From NCBI GenBank assembly GCA_034780895.1, contig JAUZTB010000027.1, forward strand, positions 39,428,113 to 39,492,112: a stretch of DNA of 64,000 nt, written 5' to 3'. Below, one piece after another: positions 38,121 to 51,936 of the stretch. Position numbers and translations under genes: made by a program. The notes beneath the pieces were generated by a model. The model was not told the DNA's origin. It saw only the letters and a program-made list of their open reading frames with translations, and did not search any database. Position 1 is the first letter of the stretch, and every line of letters begins with the position of its first letter. Origin of the DNA: Rhynchobatus australiae (Eukaryota).

Positions 38121-39859
38121 GGGGCTCTGAATTTCTTACCCACCTGTGGTAGATCTATAAGGCAGGGAAACTACAGAAATGGAACTCAGGAAAAGAAAAC
38201 AAAAAGATAAGCATAAACATTCTCAAGACTAACAAAACATTAAGTGAAAATGTTAGAGAATTGAAAATGCCACAAAATAACACAAGATTAAAAAATAAAT
38301 TCTGTGGTGAATTCTCATTACGGAAGATCGACTGAAAGGTTGTGTTTATGTGGTTTGGCCTGCACACAACAGGTTGGTTATGTCATTAATATTCTGAATA
38401 GGGAAACTAAGACCCTCAAACCACTGGGTCGTAACAAAGATTTACTTACATCACTGTTATGATTCTGTCTACCAAATATCTTGTATTATATTTAAGTGTT
38501 ATTAATGGACTGCTGAGAAAAGCCACACTTAAGTCATTCCCATATGCTGGAATATTTGGTTACTGCAGCAACAAGGAATAGCCCAGTACAGTTAAACATG
38601 CAACTCCGTGTGAAGGAGAAGTAGAAACCAGAGCCCACTGCAGGAAGTGTGCCAATAGATACATACTTGAGCTCCACTGGTTGCCCACCAAACTTTCACA
38701 TTCTGCTTTATTTGCAGTTTTATAAATGTCAGCCATCCGACTTAAACCACAGCTCCGCTCTGCTGACTCTCATGTTGAACAGTATAATTTACTATTAAAG
38801 TTACATCAGCCCTTCTTAGTTGCTGGGTCAGTATCCAGCGCACTAAACCTTATTTTGGGAACACCATCGGTACAAGGACCACAGCAAGGTGATTTCACCA
38901 AGTCATCATCCCCTCTCTCCTCTGTGTTAACTGTCACAGGAGGTACCACCTTTGGTCACTCACTTCTCCCTCCACCCCACCAGCTCTACTTATTTCTGTG
39001 CACACCCCTGGAAAAGCTAAATGCAATTCAAAAGCAATTGCACATGTTGCCCCCAAGTTACTGCAGGGTTCTGTTCCTGTGAACTGTTCATAACGCAGAC
39101 AGTTTGCAAGTCAGAAACGTGGCACAAACTGAGTTCCCACATGCCAGAAGATGCCCGCAGCCCCAAGGCAGCCAGCAAATCCATCCCGTCGGTCTTCCAA
39201 ATGTTTGTTCATTTGTACGGCTGTATACAAGTCGGGAATTCATATGCTGGGGAGGACCTGTACTATCAATATCCCAACTCTCTGGCCTTCTAACCCTCCT
39301 TTCCCACCTGCAGCTCCTGACTTGCTCTTCAACAATTTCACGTACACTCTTGTTGCTGTGCACCCTATTAAGGCCATTATTCTCTCAATAGCAAAACATT
39401 TCAGATTGTGGAAACATCGAAATTGGTGGAAAGCTCAGTAGGTCAGGCAGCATCTGTGGAGAGGGAAAGAGGATTCATGTTGCTCACCATGGCATTCCCC
39501 CAGGCCAGCCCTCACCACTCCATAAGGGAAGCAGATGGAAGGACAAAGTGAACAATTAATTTAGCCATTCACCAACATGTCTTTTGGAAGGTAAAGCGCT
39601 AAGGTCAAGCTCTCATTTGGAAAAACTGTTCCTTATTGCAAAATTACCCTGGAATACAAAGAGACAGCCTTTTTTTCCCTCCATGGGAAAATATCTTCTT
39701 AAGTGCCTTTACTTGTTTTCTCCACCCCTGACCTCCATAAAAGTGTGAAGAGTTCATTGACTTATATGCCAACAAGACTAGGAACATCCAATACACAGCC
39801 ACTGGCCCACCAGGTTAATCTTTGTGAATCCTCCTTCCCCTGCCCCAAATTCAAACCTT

Positions 39860-40935
39860 CCATTGTTTTTTCTCCTAGCTTCCAACATAACACTCACCAA
39901 GATACCAGTCTCCTTTTCCTTCAATCACATTCACACTGAAACTTCCTCAAATTTAAAGGCATAACCCATCTCATCAAAAAGCCAATCCTTGCTCCCTTAC
40001 TATTTCTGCAAGCTGGCAACCAATCTCGAACAGACCTTTCTTCAAACATATTTGAAAATGATGTTTTGTTAAAAATTCATGCCCATCTTAACTAGAACTT
40101 CAAACGTGACTGTGACCAAGGTAAACTTACCCTTCTCATCCTTCTCAGCCAGTCTGCAGTCTTGCTGTGGTTAAGTGCACCAATCTCTTTCAAAGACTCC
40201 CACCACCAGCTCCACTGGGTGTGACACCCACTTCCCAATTCCAACACAAATTTATCGAGTCATGGTCAAAGCAGCATCAACTGTGGCTGCTCTTTCTACA
40301 TCTGCACTGTTACTCTGGCACTCTCAAATTATCCTTTATTATCCCCTTCCTTTTTCTTATCTTCATGCTGTCCCCTGGCAATGTTATCCAAAGTTCACAG
40401 CATCAGTTTCCACAAACATGCAGCTCTACCCCAACCCATTCTCCTTTGGATTCCATCATTAAATGGTTAAACTACCTGGCCAACATCCCAGCCCAGAAAA
40501 GCAGGAATTTTGACCTTGAACATCACTCCACATTGATTACCATTCCTTCAAATGCCAAGAATCCCAAACTCAGGGATGCCAAGAATCCCAGACTCTGTTT
40601 ACGTCATAAACTGACACTCCATGTGCAAGGGAGGTCAGAAGATGCAATTCAATATTAAAGTACCTTGGTGAACAGCTTCCAAATGAAGAAACGTAATGAT
40701 TTCTACATTACTTTCTCTTAAGAAACTTAAGAAGTCATCTTCAAAACTTCTTAATCTTCTATCTTGATTCTCATTCCTCCAATAAGATGCTTCTTAAAAC
40801 CGAGTTTCTGGTCATCTGCCAAATCGCCTCATTATCTGGGTCAGCATCAAGTTTTGTTTGATTGCATTACTGTGTGATACACCCTGGGAAGTTTTGCTGT
40901 GTTAAGGATGCTTTCTGAATAGGCCTTTGTTGCAA
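39860..40935 (+). mobile_element. Decayed L2-clade LINE (RT fragments and 3' tail)
   Basis: LIKKPILAP...SWQPISNRPF (KKPxLDP..NYRPISNLPF-like) and DCDQGKLTLLILL(SQ)SA (LLxLLDLSAAFD-like). L2-type tail ccctgggaagttttgctgtgttaaggatgctt. Confidence 0.7.
40591..40746 (+). repeat. 156-bp direct repeat, copy A (inside the L2 relic, intron 2)
   Basis: About 90% identical by manual alignment to 42281-42436. Confidence 0.95.
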
Positions 40936-41844
40936 CAGTTCAGGGAGGAGGGAAGTGTCACCTTACCTGGCATATCGGGATTAGCAATCTGCAGCCTTAC
41001 AAGCATTGGAATCGTCCCAAGAACCAATATATAAAAATAAAAAGCACCTACTTCCAAGACCCATAACTTGGACAAAGTAATCACAAGCACCACCCCAGTA
41101 CTGGTGGCATGCATAGGGATTTAATTATTGGCACATGTGCAGATCAAATACAGACTAAATGAAATTCTTTCTGAACATTATTGAAGTGTATGAACTACCA
41201 CAAGAATATAACACCAATTTTAAAAGGACAAGCAAAATTACTAAATTTGGTACATTGAAACCAATATTCTTTTGCATTAAAAATAATACAACTTATTTTC
41301 TGAAATCATATGAGAATCTCCATATTATTGCTTTTTCCAGTTTACCAACTTCTGTAGTGTCGTGAAGTAAGTGGCAGTAGTGCAGTATCATTAACAAACA
41401 TTGATCATTTGAGGGAAATTGAGTGGAGTGGAAGTAAAATATCTCACAGGAATATTTTCATCAGTTCATCCAAAGGTTCTTCTTTTGAAATGCTGTTAAC
41501 AGATTTGTTGATAACTAAATTATTAATACAACAAAATAAGCAAACTTATGATACAAGAAAAACAGAAAAATTGCTGAACTCTCAGTTAATAGTGGAGAGC
41601 AAATATCAAGTTGTGGGTGGTTGNNNNNNNNNNNNNNNNNNNNNNNNNNNNNNNNNNNNNNNNNNNNNNNNNNNNNNNNNNNNNNNNNNNNNNNNNNNNN
41701 NNNNNNNNNNNNNNNNNNNNNNNAATATCAAGTTGTGGGTGGTTGAGTTGGATTATGGGTTGGGAAGTTGTGGTTATAGTTAGATGTTAGAGTTTATTAT
41801 TCTGCCCACTTATTTTAATGCAATGATACAAAGTGTCATCTTAC

Positions 41845-41951
41845 CCAACTTCTTCAAAAAATCCTTCAAGGTCATCTCTCTGTTCATCCAGTGACAACTC
41901 CAGATCCAAGTAATTTCCATTCGGACCTATCTGCAGTGCACAGTCTTCCAA
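41845..41951 (-). CDS. FHOD1: FHOD-family formin, coding exon 2 (107 nt)
   Basis: Acceptor tcttattcctgtctag|TTG and donor GG|gtaaga. Translates [36 protein letters not shown], in frame with exon 1 and matching FHOD1 LEDCALQ...YLDxELSLxEQR. Too short for the ORF track. Confidence 0.93.
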
Positions 41952-42280
41952 CTAGACAGGAATAAGATTTAAATATTCAATTTTAATGGTCAGAGAATCC
42001 AATGATAAAATTACAACAAACAGGAATATAATCAAATTAGATTTTTTGAAAAGCAGACAAATACTTGAAAATTGTGAGGTTAAACCTTCAGTCATTTCAA
42101 TCAGGTTGCACAAAATTCAATCCTCTTGTTGATTTGTTTGGATTGAAGCTTTCCATAAAAACACATTGCCCCAGATTAAGAGTATCAGAAATTTCACTGC
42201 CCAAGATATTTCCTAACCAATTTTCCTGTTACATCTATAGAGTACAGAATTTGGCTATTGGATGTCACAGTACAAGAATG

Positions 42281-42436
42281 GACTCTGTTTACGTCATAAA
42301 CTGACTCTCCATTTACAAGGGAGGTCGGAAGATGCAATTCAATATGAAAGTACCTTGGTGAACAGCTTTCAAACGAAGAAATGTAATGATTTTTACATTT
42401 ACTCTCTCGAACAAACTTGAGAAGTCATCTTCAAAA
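42281..42436 (+). repeat. 156-bp direct repeat, copy B (intron 1)
   Basis: gactctgtttacgtcataaactgac...gaagtcatcttcaaaa, shared with 40591-40746. Confidence 0.95.
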
Positions 42437-43419
42437 TAAAGATTCATTGAGAGGAAGTTAGGCAATGGAATCATAACAGAAGAAGAAGTTGGAGAATTAT
42501 GATGATAGAATTAACATTATTCTAAGCAATTTTTCATTCTATAAAGATGATTACTTTTCTTTTATTCTAAATCATTTTCCACAGAACCAGCTCTCTTAGA
42601 GAATAAGTAGAAACATTGTGTAGGCCTGAACATGACAAGACAAGGCCTGAGTATATATTATGGCTTAACAGTTACAACAAGGGAGCTGCACAGTTATGAA
42701 TGGAATTTTATCCAAGCCTCTTACTGCCCCTGCAGGTAAAAGCAATTGGCTAGGCTTGGGTCTTAAAACTCTAAATTAAGGGAGGAAGATAGATAGATAA
42801 AGATTCCAACACCTGACATCCTGGGGCATTCAGCAAGAATGAACTAGTTGGCTGGATCTGAATATTACAATAGTAAAGACGAGGTGTGGTTGACGTGGGT
42901 GCATGGTGAAAAGACCAAGAAATTTTAGAATAAGGCACACAGTGGATGAGAAATGAAGGCAATTATAAAGCAGCAGTGAGATAATCTTTTGAAAAATGGG
43001 GAAGAAAAGCAAATTGGCACTTTCCACTCCTACACGTCAGCTGCTGATAATCAGTCGTATGTCTCTGCATCTGCTCAGCCCTGCTCCCATCTCCATCCCT
43101 CATTCATAACAATACTGCTGCTGCTCCAAAATATTAAGATCTGCTGCCTGCAATGGGCAAAATGTTCAGGGACTTCCTCTCTGCAGCACCATTCAACCCC
43201 CAGAGCAGCGACATCTGGGAAGAGCTGGGATCACTGCCGATGGAGGGGAGAAGAACACCAATGTGAACTGAAAACCTTTTGGCCAATCCAAATTATTCTC
43301 TGTGATGCAAAGGAGGACGAGAATATTGATGCCAGCCAATGAGGAAATGAGGTGAGTGCCAGGCTAATTGAATGAGGCAGTGGCGGGAAGATGGGATTGG
43401 GAGTAGGGAGTGCTGTGCG

Positions 43420-43705
43420 TCAAAAGGAGTGGCACAGTGGTGCAGTTGCTACCTTACAACTCCAACTACCCGGGTTTCAATCCTGACTTCTGATGTTGGA
43501 ACGGAGAAGTTCAAACATTCTCCATATGACCATGTGGGTTTCCTCCAATGCCCCAAAGAGGTGTGTGTTGTGGGTTCACTGGCCACTATAAGTGAATATG
43601 GGTGCTGGAACTGTCGGGAATATGGACAGAAAATAATAACAGGGAAAATTAGTGGGAGAATGGGATTGCATGGCATGGAAGCAATGGGCCAAATGGACTA
43701 CTAAA
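43420..43705 (+). mobile_element. Old V-SINE/HE1-like SINE
   Basis: gtggcacagtggtgcagttgct...cccgggtttcaatcctgac...cattctccatatgaccatgtgggtttcctcc. Confidence 0.7.
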
Positions 43706-44399
43706 TCACAAGGAAAAATATAAATTAAGCTGCAAGAAACTGAAGGAGGGAGGAGGAGCCCAGAGGATCCTGAAATCTTGCTGACAATTATGCATTTTAA
43801 ATGGTCTCCTGAATAAATCATTTGCCTGTCAGGAATAGAACAGCTTGTTCCACCTCACCCCTTTTGAAAGAAAACATAACTGATTTCATTTAGTGCTGCT
43901 CTTTGTATTTAGTCCCACCTTGTCAACCCACAGGAGCAATAGCAACCATTCAGTACTAATACATACAGAAACAAACACTTACTTGCCCATCATTAACTTG
44001 TCACTTGGTCACACAGGCATTATTAGGATTAGAGTCCAGATCAGCACAGGCAGTACTGATTTAAGCAACTGAGCAAAATTTTTCTAGCAAGAATCAAAAA
44101 TTATTCAGACTTTGGTTCATTGCATTCTGCAGCCTTTCATTAATCTGCTTTTCAGCTGAGAGGTGGAAACCCTTCCTGGAGGAACTGGTCCATTGATGAG
44201 TTCAAACAGTAATGAGACCATATAGCTTATTGATTACAAACACGATTAGCTTTGGCTGATCTCTTCCTCAATTCCAATCACCCACTTTTGATAAATAGAT
44301 AAATAAATAGATCATCTTAAAATTACATTGATAAATTTTTGTCTGTTAAAATTCCAATTGATCCACAGTCTTTTGCGATTACCTTCCGGTATGCAAACT

Positions 44400-46340
44400 T
44401 TTAGTGATTGTCTTCGTTCCTCAAAAGTTTCCAATCTCTCATCATTCAGAAAATATTCCAAGTTGTCTTTCTTGATCCAAAGTGGATGACCTCACTCTTC
44501 CTCATCTGCCAGTTTGCCCACTTATCTTGGCCCTTTACAACTTCCTGCTCCCATCATCAGAACTCACTGTTCCCAACAGTGCAACTTGTAGATTTGGATA
44601 ATAGAAAAAGGTTGGAATATCCAAGTTTTTGATCTACAAGAAAGAATGTTACTATAGGTCCCAGGCTTAGGTATTTTGCTGTCAAATTCCAGCTCCGATC
44701 TCTAGGCAGATCAAGCATCTGTTGAAGCATCAGGAGGAACTCCAGGAACACAGTTGAATGGACTTCCATGACCCTGAGCTACCTGGGAACATTGCCTTCC
44801 TATCAATGGGTTCACAGTACATCTTCTGCCAACTACTCACTCCACCCGAAATACAAAAATGATATAACCTATTGCAAATGGAGCATCACAGCAAGAAATC
44901 TCCTTCCATTCCTCTCTTTCTAATTTATCTTCTAATTTCTGTCCACCACTTAACGATAATTCATACGATGCAGCTTTTCATCACACAAAGAACATCTGTC
45001 TATGCAATCCTTAAAGCATACCAGCCACTCAAACATCTCAGGTAATCTTCTACTTTGTCCACGTCCCATCCAATCCCCATACCCCTCAATTTCCTTGTAT
45101 CCAATACACCATCATTCCACAGCGATTCAGTGGTCATTGTTCTCCAGGATACAGAAATGCAAAGGTTTCTGACGGTGTGCAGCTGTTTTCTCTAGTGGGA
45201 GAGTCCAGAACTAGGATATGCAGTCTCAGGATAAGGGGTTTGCCACATTCAATGGAGTTGAGGAATTGTTTCCCTCAGTTTTAAAGCTTTGGAATTTTTG
45301 CATCTGAGTCATTGAACATATTCAAAGCTGGAATAAGCAGATCTTTGAACTTCAGAGGAATCCAAAAGTTATAGGATCAGGCAGGAAAGTGGAACTAAGG
45401 CCAAAGCTCAGATCTGCTGTGATCTCACTGAATAGGATTGAGGGTCTTGTAGCCCACGCTTGTTCCTATTCTTTATCCGCATTTTCTTTCTCTCTGCTAA
45501 GATGAATAGCAATGCTACAGTTCCTACCTTCCAAACTAGTACGACTCTTCCACTTTTGGGGAATTTTGTAGGATATCACCAATGCATCCACTTCTTTTAG
45601 AATCCAAGGGTGCAGACTGTCAGATCTAGTTCTTGTTCTTCTTCAATTTCTCCAGCATTTTCTCTTTGCCATTACTAATTATTTTGTCACTTGCCATCAG
45701 ACCCCTGATTACTTTGTGATTTCTGCTACACTTATTTTTTCTTCTAAAATGGGGGCAAATACAAAATANNNNNNNNNNNNNNNNNNNNNNNNNNNNNNNN
45801 NNNNNNNNNNNNNNNNNNNNNNNNNNNNNNNNNNNNNNNNNNNNNNNNNNNNNNNNNNNNNNNNNNNNCAAAATATATGTCTCAATCATTTCATTGTTCC
45901 CCATTTTAACGTTGCCACTAACAAAGTTCACAAATTTTTAAAACACAGATTTCCAAACTGTTTCAATTATTTCAAAACCCTTTTTTTTGATAATCTCATG
46001 TTTCATATTTTCTCTCCTTTTCAAAGTTTGGTCAATCACTGCTGGTTTCTAAACTCTCCCAATCCTCAGACCAAGTAATCTTCTTCACAGCATTGCAGCC
46101 TCTTCCTTTAAATCATTATTTGGTCACAAATGGATTAGTTTTCCCATAGAACATTCATTTCTCAATGGAATGTCCTTTGGATTGCAATCTTTTATGGTCG
46201 TTTCCTTTGTTTATCTATTTTCAAACATCTTGATCTATTTTCCCTAATAAACTTTACTCAATTTGCTCATCATATCCCTGTAACACAAGTTTACTACTCT
46301 AGTTTTAGGCTGGAGTTGTGTCACTCCCAGGATGAAAATT
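44400..46340 (-). mobile_element. Cluster of old CR1 fragments, mostly minus strand, with a plus-strand 3' piece at about 45180-45480
   Basis: ccaaagtggatgacctcac...catctgccagtttgcccac, ttcacagtacatcttctgccaac, ttttgtaggatatcaccaatgcatccac. The plus piece has gggagagtccagaactagg...ggatcaggcaggaaagtgga. Confidence 0.6.
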
Positions 46341-47764
46341 CTATCTCATTGTGTTATCTTTTCCTGGATGATATCTTGAAATAAAAATACTAATTGGCAC
46401 TCTCCAATTAAACAAGAATGCTATCACACAAAGGCAATTCATCGTGATAATAGTATCACACTTTATACCACCAATAAATTTGCAACTGATGCATTTCTCT
46501 CTGGATTTTTTGAATAAATCTCTTCATTCAATTTCCATTTCCACTTGTTCTGGTTTCAAGCTTTTTAGTCTGTCAGCTTTACTAACCCTTCTCACTCCCC
46601 TTTTATTCAGGTAGGTGCTGACCCTCAAATTCATCTCTTTAGAGAACATTACTTCCATGCTAACCTGGTGATCCTGCTTCCCATGGCAATAATATACCAA
46701 TGGATCTATTCTTAGACAAATCTGAAGTTAATTATATTTTAGCAGATCACAGGCTCCAATATTCTCTCAATGGGACAGAACCCACAACTGAAGAGGAAAC
46801 TGGGGGAGAAAACATAAACAAAGAAAACTAGAAGGTGGGAAGAAATTTATTGCTCCCACTCTCTGTCCAGAAATCAACTGAAATGTTCCGTTTAAAACTC
46901 AGAAAACAGCAGAGGTGTCCTTAAAATAAAACATGTCCTCAGATAAAATTACCATTACAAGCTTTAATACTAAACAGATAGAATCACTGGAACTGCATAA
47001 ATTGGGCAGGAAAGGTAATGAACACCAAATATTATTCGCACAATTGTCTTTCATGTCTTGTTAAGAAAATACATTCAACAGCTGGAATTGTTGAAAAATG
47101 ATTCTGGGATTAATCTTTACCAATTACTTCAGTACTCGCCATCAGACCCTGTTTACTTTGCAATTTCTGGTGCAAGTTTTGTCTTCCAAAGTGAGGGGGT
47201 ACACAAAACATACGTCTCAATCATTTCTTTATTCCACTTAAAGTGATTGGATTGGAGTTTCCTCATAAATTTGGTTAATACTTCAAGTCTTTAATTTTAA
47301 AAAAAGTAGTCAACAGGCCAACAAGGTCAATGTGACATTATTTAAATACTCCACTAGCAGATGAATGTTCATCATCTTTTCAAATAATTCACCTGTGTGA
47401 GAATCATTCTCAAGCCTTCCAGAATAAAAACACAACGTATTTATTCCCGTTCAAGTGCTCATCTTCTGCTCAGTATAATGCAAGTCTCTATGCTTGCTTC
47501 ACTGTCTTCCTACATCATTTTACAGACTCTTGTTGTGTTCTATCTTCAAAAGATAGACAAATGGAAAGTACACAATAACACACCTATAAACTATTGCCAC
47601 AGCATGTTCTGTAGGAATTTTTCTCATCTCCATTGTGGTGATTTGAAGAGACAGAGGAAGTGAAGGAGCAAGTCAAGGGAATACATCCCCACTAAGATCA
47701 AAGCAATTTCTCTACTCCAACCGTCCTTTGGGTATTAGTTGTGACTTGATGGAATAGTTACAAA

Positions 47765-48095
47765 TCAGCAGGTTGTGGATTAAAGTCCCACTCCAGAGAC
47801 TTGAGCAGAAAGTTAAGTCAACCTTGCTCTGAAGCACTGAGGTGCCAATGTGTGGATGGGATACTAAACTGAGGATCTTATCAGAGGGGAAGTGAAGTGT
47901 TGTCACAATATTTGAAGGTGACCAGGGATACGNNNNNNNNNNCAATGTTCATCCCTCAATTAACACTCACGAAAATAAGTACCAGGTCATTTCCATTTGC
48001 TGTTTGTGGCAATTTGCTGTGCATGAATTAGCTGCCACATTTCCAACAAGAGTGACCACACTTCAAAAGCTTCAGTGACTGTGGAACATTGCAAG
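47765..48095 (+). mobile_element. Deu-domain SINE (SacSINE1-like), mostly complete
   Basis: Head ggttgtggattaaagtcccactccagagacttgagca, Deu core ttgctgtttgtggcaatttgctgtgcatgaattagctgcc and L2-like tail gtgaccacacttcaaaag. Confidence 0.7.
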
Positions 48096-48564
48096 ATAAA
48101 CTTGAATCCATCAGAAAGAATTGAGCACAGCAATCAGACCCTTAATTCCATGGGGATAATAAAAATTACAATCAATATGTTAAGCATTTTAAACGACCTA
48201 TCCAATGTGCTATGTTATTATTAGTTTGTATGTGTCAAAAAGTTGCAAGAAGGCTGGTGGTTCCATTAGTGAAACTAATAATACGGAACAGTTAGGTTTG
48301 GTTTGCCAATAAACAGCCCAAGTATAAAAAAATTGAATAATTAAAATCTCAACTAAATATATTATTTAATTCTTCATATCCTTTCCAAGTACAACACCAA
48401 CATTAAATACAGCATCATACAAGTTTTGCCGTAATTTGTAGAATGTTTTTGGACAATTATTATCTAAACCACAGCAGCTTAAATTGGAATGTTATCATTT
48501 ACACCACTGAAAATGAAGAAACAAGGGTTTTCCAGCTGTTTCATCATAGTGTCTTAGAATGGTA

Positions 48565-48860
48565 GAGTTATAGAATCATACAGTACAGAAACAGGCTGTC
48601 CACTTTGAGTCCATGCTGACCATAAAGCACCCATTCACACTGATTCCATTTTTATTCTTTGCACACTTCTCTCAATTTACATTGGGGCAATTGATAGTGG
48701 CCAATTAATCAACTAACTCACATATCTTTCAGATGTGGGAAGAAACTAGAGCACCCAGAGGAAACTTATATGGTCACAGGAAGAACAGAATGGAGGTCAG
48801 AATGGAACGCAGGTCACTGAAACTGCAATGTTTCAGTGAGTAGTACTACCAGCCGTGCTG
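48565..48860 (-). mobile_element. V-SINE/HE1-like SINE, minus strand
   Basis: gatgtgggaagaaactagagcacccagaggaaac is the reverse complement of the V-domain. CR1-type tail atagaatcatacagtacagaaacaggc on the left. Confidence 0.75.
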
Positions 48861-50789
48861 AAGCTTTCTTAAAAAAGTCATTCCTTATTTGCTTTTTAAT
48901 CTTCCTTTCTGTACGTTGCGCTTTGCTGCCGAAGGGAAGTGTGTGGTCTATCAATCATATAGTGAAGTGAAAGAGTTAACTCATAATACAAGGAATTCCT
49001 AGGTTATTTCCCAGCCACTGCCGAGTTGGCCACTTGGGAGTTTAGATGCAGAAGTGAAGGGTCAGGCCAGGTTTCTTATTCTTGATTTCTATCCTGAAAC
49101 CCAATGTGGAGATATGCCTATGCAGAGCAGGAAGGGCCTCTGCAATAATATAACTTGCTACTGAGAAAGCAGCTGACCCTCACTGTTAAACCTTGCTTGA
49201 AAAACACAAAGAACTGGCATGCGTGTATCTGTTGTATACAAAATGACCATAGTTTACATGCAGAAAAATCTTGTTTGTCAGCCCAAAGTCAACTTTTAGC
49301 TTTGATGACAAGCAACTAGAAAAATGCGCAAAGGATGTGTTCTATGAGAGGGATTCACCATGTAATAGTAAAATCCTTTTGATATCCTTGTGAATAACTA
49401 AATCCAAAACTAAGGGTACGCCACATTTATAGCCAGTAATATTTTGTTGCTGAATCAGGCTGTGCTACTTTGAAAATAAACATTTGCTTAGCTTAAATGA
49501 CAGTTATTAGGACAGTGTACTTACTTTTGCACCTTGGTGCACCTAATCTGAAACTGCTCATTTCCAACACTTGGGCTAAATCCATGGGAATTTATCAGAG
49601 TCACATCTCCCAAATCTTTTCCAAATCCAATACTTTTCAGATCAATGATCAACACATCAGACACAAGTAGTTGGTGGTCAACATGGGCCTGGTGTGACGA
49701 AGGGTCCATTTCCACGCTGTATCATTCTACCACTCTACGACCCAGCAAATGATCTGCCATGCCTAATGCAAAGGTACTGTTACTGCATGAAGTCCGATCT
49801 CATGCACAGGAGAGGAGCAATACTTGCAAATACCTATAGGTGGGGTGACATGGGCATGTGGAAAGAAGTCTTTGATAACCTATTTAACCACATTAAGTAA
49901 TTACAACTCCAGGTGCCCTACTCAGGTTATTTCTGGAAGCGATGAGAAGAATACTTACTAAGCTGATACTGCAATGTAATTCTATAAACTCCAGAGGCTG
50001 CAAGAGGCAAAAAGACTATGTTCCATTTTTTCAATTTTCTGGTACTTCGTAAGCATAATGCAAAAGCTAAGATTCTAGAATCATTGCCTCTGTTACTCAG
50101 TCAACTGGCGAATTTGCAGTTGAGAACAGTTTTTGTGGCACTGCAGTTTAACTTCTTTGTTGGAATTTCAGCTAACAGCAGAACCAGAACTGGCAAGGGG
50201 AGATACTGACATATACGGGTATAACAGAGAGACAATCTATGGAGCTTAATACCCAAAATACAACAAGGTAGTATAACTTCACATCATAACTGGTAAATTG
50301 CTGCATTAATTAGGAGCCCAAAGTTTTTTTTAAACATATACTGCTCTGCCAAATTTCACTTCTAAACTCCCACTTTCTGCAGGGGTTTAGTCAACGCGGA
50401 AGGTGTTAAAACAAACTAATCCCATTACACTACTACACAAGCAGTGGCTGTATAAGGTGCAGGTGCACAATACTACGCTTCAGATCTGTATTATGAAAAA
50501 TGGTGATGCAAACATGTACCTAGTTAAGTGCAACCACAGCCAAAGTGATTTACTTTGATCCCCTCCCTTGTCTTAAGGCAAAGTAAAAAACATCAAAAGA
50601 AGATCCAACCACAGTTCTGAGATACTGCAAAATGTTCACCTCCATAACTAAAAGCACTTATAGAAACTAACCGTCAAGACTGTAAGAAACATTTCTGCAA
50701 GGAGTCAGAAGCAATTTAAGTTTCTTCTAAAACATTAAGCTCTCATCAGCAGTGAGAAATAATACTAAGAAAACAAACTACAACAAATA

Positions 50790-50980
50790 AAAATGAGCTG
50801 CCAGAGGAAGTGGTTGGGGCGGGTACATTAACATTTTAAAAGGTACTTGGACAGGTCCATGGAATGGAAAGGTTCAGAGGGATATGGGCCAAAAATGGGC
50901 AAATGGGACTAGCTTGGATGGGACCCTCGGTCAGCATGAACCAGTTGGGCCGAAGGACCCGTTTGAGTGTGGCACTACTC
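50790..50980 (+). mobile_element. CR1 3' terminal fragment
   Basis: aatgagctgccagaggaagtggttg...gatatgggcc...gggcaaatgggactagcttg...ccagttgggccgaagg aligns with 9480-9660. Confidence 0.8.
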
Positions 50981-51248
50981 TAAAACTTAAATCTGAAGAC
51001 AAGCTGAAGCAGAGAGAATTTTGAGAGATGTAGAAGAGGGGAGGAAGACATAGTCCAAAAGTACTTTCCATGAAAAATTAAATCTCTTGATTCTGCAGAG
51101 ATATCACAACACAATCACAATCATAATCACAGACACAAGAGGTTCTGCNNNNNNNNNNNNNNNNNNNNNNNNNNNNNNNNNNNNNNNNNNNNNNNNNNNN
51201 NNNNNNNNNNNNNNNNNNNNNNNNNNNNNNNNNNNNNNNNNNNNNNNN

Positions 51249-51277
<29 letters not shown>
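51249..51277. repeat. (CA)n microsatellite abutting an N-gap
   Basis: Direct CA run; true length unknown because of the gap. Confidence 0.95.
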
Positions 51278-51283
<6 letters not shown>

Positions 51284-51366
51284 CTGGAGGAAGTCAGCAG
51301 GTCAGGCAACACCAATGGAGGGAAATAAGCGGTTAACGATTCTGGTCGAGACCCTTCATCATCAGG
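51276..51366 (-). mobile_element. PLE terminal fragment with a degenerate hammerhead motif
   Basis: Minus strand reads ctgatgatgaagggtctcgaccagaatcgttaacc...ccattggtgttgcctgacctgctgacttcctccagcattt. Confidence 0.7.
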
Positions 51367-51424
51367 GTGATCATGTCACAATTCTACACTGCTGCAATAT
51401 CAGGACTGAAGCAGCAGTTTCTTT

Positions 51425-51830
51425 TCTTCTTCAACAGTCCCTCAGATTGAGGATGACTTGCTTCCACTCTGATTCTGTGGGTTCTGAGGAGACTGATGAG
51501 GCTAATGGGGTGGGCAGGTCTAGTCTGTGAGGTGCTGCGCTCATTCCACCATTTGTGCTGGACTCCTCTGTGCTCCTAATGCATGAACTCAAGGTTCTCA
51601 ATAACATCCAAATGTACCTTCTTGACTCTGAATGGTCAAGGGCCAAGAACACTGAATTTGGTTCACTTATCTTTCCAGCAAATTTGGAGACTTTTGCAGA
51701 GACAGCATTAGTGGTATCTCTACAGTGTCTCAAGGTGGCTGCTATAGGTGGCACAATCATAGCATCACGCAACATAATAGAGGGTGTCCTCAGTATGAAA
51801 ACAGCACCGTGACTGTGCTGCTGTGAATTC
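51425..51830 (-). mobile_element. RTE-clade LINE 3' fragment
   Basis: Minus strand ends ...ATTAGCCTCATCAGTCTCCTCAGAACCCACAGAATC (ISLISLLRTH, the RTE C-terminal IGLxSHxRTH motif). Upstream has a LQRYHxCCLCKSLQICWKDK motif. Confidence 0.6.
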
Positions 51831-51837
51831 TGCCAAA

Positions 51838-51936
51838 CATAAAACAGAAAATGCTGGAAATACCTAGCAGATCAGGCAGCATCTGAGAAGAAAGAATCAG
51901 TTAATGTTTCAGATCTGAGACCCATCACCATAACCA
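51838..51936 (-). mobile_element. PLE terminal fragment
   Basis: cagaaaatgctggaaatacctagcagatcaggcagcatctg...gttaatgtttcagatctgagaccc. Confidence 0.65.

Noticed and set aside
38726-39441. Cluster of 90-118 aa overlapping ORFs
   Set aside because: No recognisable motif or splice structure. Possibly a very old repeat, but I cannot support a family call.
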